Source: Escherichia virus TH58. From it: DNA of 64,000 nt. Both the position numbers and the translations under genes were made by a program. The notes beneath the pieces were generated by a model. It searched no databases. It worked only from the letters and a program-made list of their open reading frames with translations, and was not told the DNA's origin. This document shows positions 58,291 through 64,000 of this stretch, one piece after another. Position 1 is the stretch's first letter, and every line of letters begins with the position of its first letter. Where the stretch lies: sequence record MT446423.1; one strand, 5' to 3'.

Positions 58291-58688
58291 TGTCTAATAT
58301 CAATAAACTTTATTCAGATATCGACCCAGAAATGCGTATAGATTGGAACAAGGACGTTGCTCGTTCTGTAGGACTTCGTTCTATTAAAAATAGTCTTCTT
58401 GGCATAGTGACAACTAGAAAAGGCTCGCGCCCCTTCGACCCTGAATTTGGATGCGATTTGGTAGACGAACTTTTCGAGAACATGACACCACTTACAGCCG
58501 ATACGATTGAGCGTAATATCCAGGCAGCTGTTCGTAACTATGAGCCACGCATCGACAAACTTTCTGTAAGTGTAACGCCAGTATATGATGACTATACGGT
58601 TATAGTAGAGATTAGATTTTCGGTCGTAGACAACCCTGACGATATTGAACAAATTAAACTTCAGTTGGCGTCAAGCAATAGAGTGTAA
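58290..58688 (+). CDS. 25: baseplate wedge subunit gp25
   Basis: 132 aa as T4 gp25; start overlaps gene 26 stop. Confidence 0.9.
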   Translation: MSNINKLYSDIDPEMRIDWNKDVARSVGLRSIKNSLLGIVTTRKGSRPFDPEFGCDLVDELFENMTPLTADTIERNIQAAVRNYEPRIDKLSVSVTPVYDDYTVIVEIRFSVVDNPDDIEQIKLQLASSNRV

Positions 58689-58713
58689 TGCTTCAAGGCA
58701 ACCTGTGTATAAT
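58689..58713 (+). promoter_or_regulatory. MotA-dependent middle promoter upstream of uvsY
   Basis: MotA box TGCTTCA 58689-58695, 12-nt spacer, TATAAT 58708-58713. Confidence 0.55.
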
Positions 58714-58768
58714 GGTTTTAGGTCCTTCCGATACAGCCGGGAGATTATTAGTTAAAAGAGAGAACATT

Positions 58769-59182
58769 ATGAAGCTGGAAGATTTACAGGAAGAGTTAGA
58801 CGCAGACTTAGCTATTGATATGACAAAGTTGCAATATGAGACGGCGAATAATGTTAAGTTATACAGCAAATGGCTACGTAAGCACTCGTTTATTCGTAAA
58901 GAAATGTTGCGTATAGAGACTCAGAAGAAAACTGCTCTAAAAGCAAGATTAGACTACTACTCGGGACGAGGTGACGGTGATGAATTCAGTATGGATCGAT
59001 ATGAGAAATCTGAAATGAAAACTGTCCTGGCCGCAGATAAAGATGTGCTTAAAATAGAGACTACTTTACAATACTGGGGAATTTTACTTGAGTTCTGTAG
59101 TGGTGCACTTGATGCAGTCAAGTCTCGTAGTTTTGCACTTAAACATATTCAAGATATGCGAGAATTTGAAGCGGGGCAATAA
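58769..59182 (+). CDS. uvsY: recombination mediator UvsY
   Basis: Track ORF 58688-59182 trimmed to ATG 58769; 137 aa near-identical to recalled T4 UvsY (LEDLQEEL, ARLDYYSGRGDGDEFSMDRYEKSEMKTVL). Confidence 0.92.
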   Translation: MKLEDLQEELDADLAIDMTKLQYETANNVKLYSKWLRKHSFIRKEMLRIETQKKTALKARLDYYSGRGDGDEFSMDRYEKSEMKTVLAADKDVLKIETTLQYWGILLEFCSGALDAVKSRSFALKHIQDMREFEAGQ

Positions 59183-59409
59183 TGCGTTATTCAATTGAAG
59201 ATGTCTTTAATAATGATGAAGAATTTGAAACTGAAATTAAATTCTTAATGGAAAAGTATCGTCTACGACGTCAGGATATTCGTATCCTGGCAGACCACCC
59301 CTGTGGTGAAGACGTCCTTTATATTAAAGGGAAGTTTGCTGGGTATATCGACGAGTATTTTTATACAAAAGATATGGGCATTGATATGCATATGAGAGAT
59401 ATTGGGTAA
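59182..59409 (+). CDS. hypothetical protein (75 aa)
   Basis: ORF track. Confidence 0.5.
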   Translation: MRYSIEDVFNNDEEFETEIKFLMEKYRLRRQDIRILADHPCGEDVLYIKGKFAGYIDEYFYTKDMGIDMHMRDIG

Positions 59410-59411
59410 AT

Positions 59412-59504
59412 ATGACAGATTATAAAGAAGTATTTCAACTATTAGCAGAGATGGAAGCTTGCTTAATCCGTGTACAAGAAATGCGGATTAAAATGGGTTT
59501 ATAA
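59412..59504 (+). CDS. possible micro-ORF, 30 aa (MTDYKEVFQLLAEMEACLIRVQEMRIKMGL)
   Basis: Not in ORF track; starts 3 nt after upstream stop; weak support. Confidence 0.25.
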   Translation: MTDYKEVFQLLAEMEACLIRVQEMRIKMGL

Positions 59505-59507
59505 ATA
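59500..59507 (+). promoter_or_regulatory. late promoter TATAAATA
   Basis: Exact TATAAATA about 26 nt upstream of ATG 59534. Confidence 0.4.
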
Positions 59508-59533
59508 TTACTATATTCAAAAAGGAGACAATC

Positions 59534-59701
59534 ATGTCAGATAAGATTTGCGTTGTCTGTAAAACTCCAATCGATGCTGCATTGGTTGTTGAAACAGACA
59601 AAGGTCCAGCACATCCTGGTCCTTGTTATAATTATGTCCAACAAATGCCGGTTTCAGAAAGTTCAGAAGAGCAATTGAACGAAACCCAACTTTTACTATA
59701 G
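59534..59701 (+). CDS. small Cys-containing late protein, 55 aa (MSDKICVVCKTPIDAALVVETDKGPAHPGPCYNY...)
   Basis: Not in ORF track; strong RBS AAAGGAGA, late promoter upstream, terminator downstream. Confidence 0.4.
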   Translation: MSDKICVVCKTPIDAALVVETDKGPAHPGPCYNYVQQMPVSESSEEQLNETQLLL

Positions 59702-59727
59702 TGTTACCTTTTTTGCCTATGGTTTTT

Positions 59728-59757
59728 GGCCCTTCCAAAAAGGTCGGGCCTTTTTTT
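59728..59757 (+). terminator. terminator hairpin GGCCC-N13-GGGCC + T7
   Basis: Stem followed by TTTTTTT; between convergent genes. Confidence 0.5.
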
Positions 59758-59759
59758 AA

Positions 59760-59993
59760 TTAGAAGTCTTCTTCCACATCCTCATCATCGTCGCCTTCAA
59801 GTTCGGCACGCTTACCTGCTAAGGCATCCCTGACAGAAATATCATCTGTATCTTTTAATTCCGTTTCTTTTATACGTTTCTTATAATAAGCTTCCAATTC
59901 TTCAAGCCCTTCTAAGGTATGACAACTAGCAATTTTACCCATGAATTCGTCAATAGATGCTTCGTATAAAAATTGTTTAAATTCAAGTACCAT
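59760..59993 (-). CDS. uvsW.1: UvsW.1
   Basis: 77 aa; acidic C-terminus; located directly downstream of uvsW on the same strand as in T4. Confidence 0.8.
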   Translation of the reverse strand: MVLEFKQFLYEASIDEFMGKIASCHTLEGLEELEAYYKKRIKETELKDTDDISVRDALAGKRAELEGDDDEDVEEDF

Positions 59994-60018
59994 TTTTATC
60001 TCCTAAGGGCCGAAGCCC

Positions 60019-61533
60019 TTATAAATTAATTGTTTTCATTACATAGTTAAATTTCTCATCAGCGTAACGTTGGATACGATCAATACCGTGTTTTAACAAG
60101 TAATTAAGATGAGTATACTTCTTTTTAGTATTTAATGATTTAGGTTTTACACCTGCGTCATCTATGAGATCCCAAACTGTAGCAACAGCTTTAGAACCAT
60201 GCTTACGAAGCACACGACCTACGGTTTGAAGTACGATAATTTTTGATTTAACACCATGGGCGAAAATAACATGATGAAGATTCTTGACTGAAATACCAGT
60301 AGAGAATACTCCATATGATGCGACAATAATAATGCCTTTACCATTTTCTGCCATGACTTTAAGCGCGTTACGTGTTTCAGTATCAACTTCACCTGATACG
60401 TAATAAACTTTTTCGTATCCAAGCTCTTTAATAGCTTCAAATATTTCTTTACCGTGTGTAACGTGTTTAAACATTACAAAGGCGTTCTCGTCTTTCTTAG
60501 CCAATTTGACTGAAAGTTGAGCAATCCACTTTGTACGTCGTTTTAGTCCGGTAATAATTTTAACTTCTTCTTGGTATGTTTTACCTTTTAATTTAACGGC
60601 GAATTCGTCCGGATAACGAAGGAAAATACTATTAATCTTAAGCTCAGTTACCTGTCCGTCTTCCATTAATTTAGACGTGCTAACAGGACGGAAGATTTCG
60701 CCGAACATACCTACGTACTGCATTACATTAGCTTTTCCGTCTCTTAATGAGCCAGATAAACCGAATTTAAACATGCAATTATTTAATCCTGAGATGATTG
60801 AAGAAATACTTTTGCCTGTGGCTAAGTGGCATTCATCGTTCATCATCATACCGAACTGAGAGAACCATTCTTTAGGCTGCTTAACTACTGTTTGCCATGT
60901 ACCAACAATAATTGGAGCGTCGTTTTTAGATTTGTCTGCTTTATCAGCACCACCGCCAATTTTCTTAATCATCGAATGACTAAACAAACGATAATCAACA
61001 AAATCATTAGCCATCTGGGTTGTCAATGCTGTTGTAGGGACGATAATGAGAATTTTACCTTCATAGTTCTCTAGATAATATCGAGCTAAAAGTGCTTGTA
61101 TTAGTGATTTACCTGCTGATGTCGGAAGGTTTAAAATTCGACGACGATTAACTAGTCCTTCGTATACTGCATCTTTTTGATACCAATGTGGTTCGATTTT
61201 GGCGTTGCCCGAATAAATTTCATGTTTAGAAAGCCATGCGTCAAAATCTTCCCTGGTAAGGTCTTCGGTCTCAAAGATTTTAGGGTCAATCCATACAGAA
61301 TAACTCATATTGTTACAGAACTTTTTTATTTGTCCTACAAGTCCATATGGTAACAAACGGTTATAATCTAAAAGTCGAATTCTACCATCCCATTGCCCAT
61401 AGCGATATTTTGGGTTAAATTTATACCCGTCAGCTTCAAAGCTAAAAAAGTCACGAAGTTCGTAAAACGTACTTTCGTCGCATTCAATGCGCACGTGACT
61501 AAAATCATAAAAATGTACTTTAATGTCAGTCAT
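60019..61533 (-). CDS. uvsW: DNA/RNA helicase UvsW (SF2)
   Basis: 504 aa; Walker A PTSAGKS, DEAD-box-like NDECH, helicase C-terminal motifs. Confidence 0.93.
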   Translation of the reverse strand: MTDIKVHFYDFSHVRIECDESTFYELRDFFSFEADGYKFNPKYRYGQWDGRIRLLDYNRLLPYGLVGQIKKFCNNMSYSVWIDPKIFETEDLTREDFDAWLSKHEIYSGNAKIEPHWYQKDAVYEGLVNRRRILNLPTSAGKSLIQALLARYYLENYEGKILIIVPTTALTTQMANDFVDYRLFSHSMIKKIGGGADKADKSKNDAPIIVGTWQTVVKQPKEWFSQFGMMMNDECHLATGKSISSIISGLNNCMFKFGLSGSLRDGKANVMQYVGMFGEIFRPVSTSKLMEDGQVTELKINSIFLRYPDEFAVKLKGKTYQEEVKIITGLKRRTKWIAQLSVKLAKKDENAFVMFKHVTHGKEIFEAIKELGYEKVYYVSGEVDTETRNALKVMAENGKGIIIVASYGVFSTGISVKNLHHVIFAHGVKSKIIVLQTVGRVLRKHGSKAVATVWDLIDDAGVKPKSLNTKKKYTHLNYLLKHGIDRIQRYADEKFNYVMKTINL

Positions 61534-61562
61534 GTCAAATTACCATGTAATAAATATAGTTA

Positions 61563-61570
61563 TATTTATA
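61563..61570 (-). promoter_or_regulatory. late promoter TATAAATA upstream of uvsW
   Basis: Reverse complement of TATTTATA 61563-61570, 30 nt upstream of uvsW start. Confidence 0.45.
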
Positions 61571-61583
61571 ATGAGGAAATACC

Positions 61584-62252
61584 ATGATCGATAAAGACTA
61601 TATTGAAGAGTTACGTGCTCTTTCTGATAAAAAGGAAGCCAAAGCTAAACTGTTTGAATATGCGGAACAATTTGGTATTAGTGTTAAGAAAACAAAATCA
61701 TTCGATAATATTGTTATTGATATCGAAGAAGCTCTTAACGCACTGGCTGATGAACCATTACCTGAAACTGATGGATTATCTATCACCGATTTAATTACTG
61801 CCGCAGATGATGTAGACGGTGTTAATTTCACCAACGAAGAAGTTAAAGAAGAAGCTATTCTGTTGTTTGATTCTCCAACAGAACAAGTTGAAGTATTAGA
61901 AGTTGTCGAACAAGAAAAAGAATTCGACCATGATAAATTCGAAGAAGCAATTACTCAGGTTGTTGAATCTGAAAAAGAACCTGAGGCAGAGGTAAATAAA
62001 GAAGTAAAATTTGTTCTGCCTGAAAATTTTAGTCCTACACTCATTAAATTAGGCAAAGCCCCAGGATATGTTACTGTTCCTTGGTGGATTTATCAATGGA
62101 TAGCCGAAACCCCAGATTGGAAATCTCGCCCAACTAGTTTTGTGCATGCTTCTGCTCACCAAACATTATTTAGCTTAATTTATTATATTAATCGCGATGG
62201 ATCAGTTCTAATTCGTGAATCTCGTAATTCTTCTTTCGTAACATTAAAATAA
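61584..62252 (+). CDS. inh: probable Inh (inhibitor of prohead protease)
   Basis: 222 aa acidic protein immediately upstream of hoc, as T4 inh; call is positional. Confidence 0.5.
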   Translation: MIDKDYIEELRALSDKKEAKAKLFEYAEQFGISVKKTKSFDNIVIDIEEALNALADEPLPETDGLSITDLITAADDVDGVNFTNEEVKEEAILLFDSPTEQVEVLEVVEQEKEFDHDKFEEAITQVVESEKEPEAEVNKEVKFVLPENFSPTLIKLGKAPGYVTVPWWIYQWIAETPDWKSRPTSFVHASAHQTLFSLIYYINRDGSVLIRESRNSSFVTLK

Positions 62253-62261
62253 GGATAACTT

Positions 62262-63392
62262 ATGGCTTTTACAGTTGATATAACTCCTAAAACACCTACT
62301 GGAGTTATAGATGAGACTAAGCAGTTTACTGCTACTCCCAGCGGTGAAACTGGAGGTGGAACTATTACCTATGCATGGAGTGTAGACGGTGCTCCTCAAG
62401 TAGGATCGGCAGAAACTTTTGATTATGTGTTAAAAGGACCTGCTGGAATAAAAACAATTAAAGTTGTTGCAACAAATACTATTCCTGATACCGACGCTGA
62501 AACAGCAGAAATTACTACGACTATCACAGTTAAAAATAAAACTCAGACAACTACGTTGGCAGTAACTCCTAATAGTCCTTCAGCTGGAGTAATTGGAACC
62601 CCGGTTAAATTTACTGCTGCCTTAGCTTCTCAACCGGCTGGAGCGTCTGCTACGTATCAATGGTATGTTGATGATTCTCAAGTTGGCGGAGAAACTAACT
62701 CCACATTTAGCTATACTCCAACTACAAGTGGTGTAAAAAGAATTAAATGTGTAGCCCAAGTAACCGCAACAGATTATGATGCAAAGGAAGTTACTTCGAA
62801 TGAAGTATCATTAACGGTTAATAAGAAGACAATGAATCCACAGGTTACATTGACTCCTCCTTCTATTAATGTTCAACAAGATGCTTCGGCTACATTTACT
62901 GCTAATGTAATTGATGCTCCTGAAGAAGCGCAAATTGCGTATTCATGGAAGAAAGATTCTTCTCCTGTAGAAGGGACAACTAACGTATATACCGTTAATA
63001 CTTCATCTGTTGGAAGTCAAACTATTGAAGTTACTGCAACTATTACTGCAACTGATTACGATAGCAAAACTATTACAGCAGAAGGTCAAGTTCAGGTAAC
63101 TGATAAAGTTGCTCCAGAACCAGAAGGTGAACTACCTTATGTTCATCCTCTTCCACATCGTACTTCAGCTTACATCTGGTGCGGATGGTGGGTTATGGAT
63201 GAAATCCAAAAAATGACCGAAGAAGGTAAAGATTGGAAAACTGAAGATCCAGATAGTAAATATTACTTGCATCGTTACACTCTTCAGAAGATGATGCAAG
63301 ATTATCCAGAAGTTGATGTTCAAGAATCACGTAATGGATACATCATTCATAAAACTGCTTTAGAAACTGGTATCATCTATACATATCCATAA
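62262..63392 (+). CDS. hoc: highly immunogenic outer capsid protein Hoc
   Basis: 376 aa; near-identical to recalled T4 Hoc, including C-terminal capsid-binding region (YVHPLPHR, YIWCGWWVMDEIQKMTEEGKDWK). Confidence 0.95.
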   Translation: MAFTVDITPKTPTGVIDETKQFTATPSGETGGGTITYAWSVDGAPQVGSAETFDYVLKGPAGIKTIKVVATNTIPDTDAETAEITTTITVKNKTQTTTLAVTPNSPSAGVIGTPVKFTAALASQPAGASATYQWYVDDSQVGGETNSTFSYTPTTSGVKRIKCVAQVTATDYDAKEVTSNEVSLTVNKKTMNPQVTLTPPSINVQQDASATFTANVIDAPEEAQIAYSWKKDSSPVEGTTNVYTVNTSSVGSQTIEVTATITATDYDSKTITAEGQVQVTDKVAPEPEGELPYVHPLPHRTSAYIWCGWWVMDEIQKMTEEGKDWKTEDPDSKYYLHRYTLQKMMQDYPEVDVQESRNGYIIHKTALETGIIYTYP

Positions 63393-63397
63393 TCGTA

Positions 63398-63418
63398 AGG
63401 GGCTTCGGCCCCTTTCTT
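63398..63418 (+). terminator. rho-independent terminator (AGGGGCTTCGGCCCCT + T-rich)
   Basis: Perfect stem with UUCG loop followed by TTCTTCGTTTTT. Confidence 0.7.
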
Positions 63419-63493
63419 CGTTTTTAAAGCATACAAAACACAACTTGAGATTGATGTGTATAATGGCACAAACCAAATAATATGGGATTGATT

Positions 63494-63688
63494 ATGAGAG
63501 CTGAAGTTGAAGTTTATACATTACACGAGGCGGGATTTTCATTCGTAGAAATTGCTCAAAAAATCGGTTTACAACCTAAAGAAGTTGGATTACTATGGAC
63601 TAAAGCCGAGACAGCTCGGTCAAAATTTAAAGCAAAAGAAAAAGTTGTATACCGTAAACGTTTGATTAATAAAAAGGTGAAGAAATGA
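63494..63688 (+). CDS. hypothetical protein (64 aa)
   Basis: Track ORF 63482-63688; internal ATG 63494 preferred. Confidence 0.45.
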   Translation: MRAEVEVYTLHEAGFSFVEIAQKIGLQPKEVGLLWTKAETARSKFKAKEKVVYRKRLINKKVKK

Positions 63689-63936
63689 GTTTTGCACAGG
63701 AATTAAGAGAAAGGGCTCTAGCCACTAAAGCTAATTTGTTGAGTGATTTTATTACTAACTTCTCTGTGATGGCAGAGAAAGCCGCTGACAAAGGTCAGAC
63801 ACAATTCACGTACTATCCATCAAAGAATGATTTAACTATAACTGAACAGGTCGGGCAATGGCTTCGTGATAACGGCTTTCAGTACAAAATTAATCACGAC
63901 CAACGTGATGGGCATTGGATAGAAATCAAGTTCTAA
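63685..63936 (+). CDS. hypothetical protein (83 aa)
   Basis: ORF track; ATGA overlap with upstream ORF. Confidence 0.5.
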   Translation: MSFAQELRERALATKANLLSDFITNFSVMAEKAADKGQTQFTYYPSKNDLTITEQVGQWLRDNGFQYKINHDQRDGHWIEIKF

Positions 63937-63938
63937 TA

Positions 63939-63964
63939 TGCTTTACATTTTTTGATGGTATAAT
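63939..63964 (+). promoter_or_regulatory. candidate MotA-dependent middle promoter
   Basis: TGCTTTA 63939-63945, 13-nt spacer, TATAAT 63959-63964; downstream gene lies beyond window. Confidence 0.4.
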
Positions 63965-64000
63965 GAATCTAGGTTCTATCCATTCAAATTAAACATCCGG

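Noticed and set aside
59532-59738. Minus-strand ORF of 68 aa
   Set aside because: It overlaps a plus-strand ORF that has a late promoter, a strong RBS and a terminator; the minus ORF has none of these

Overview
The window is a contiguous 64 kb segment of a T4-like (T-even, Tequatrovirus-type) myovirus genome, read in the opposite orientation to the conventional T4 map. All calls rest on reading the ORF translations, on my recollection of T4 protein sequences and gene order, and on motifs visible in the DNA; no database search was run. Gene order is: topoisomerase 39 (uninterrupted, 606 aa) - accessory glycosyltransferase-like gene - rIIA - rIIB - small early ORFs - ndd - membrane peptides - 52 - motA - seven small early ORFs - asiA - (minus strand) t, 38, 37, 36, 35, 34 - rnh - dsbA - 33 - 59 - 32 - frd - td - nrdA - nrdB - denA - rnlA - alc - spanins - pseT - small ORFs - a DAHP synthase - cd - 31 - rIII - 30.x-type ORFs (including NADAR-like and HAD-like) - DNA ligase 30 - alt - (minus) 54, 48, 29, 28, 27, 51 - 26 - 25 - uvsY - (minus) uvsW.1, uvsW - inh - hoc. 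No tRNA, rRNA, CRISPR array, intron or homing-endonuclease gene was found. The most notable departures from T4 as I recall it are a GT-B-like glycosyltransferase gene at 3642-4742 and an AroG-type DAHP synthase at 40487-41479 that is translationally coupled to cd. Other points of interest are a NADAR-like gene near alt, several micro-ORFs missing from the ORF track, and recurrent inverted repeats built around the -10 elements of early promoters. Whether any of these is undescribed cannot be decided without database searches.
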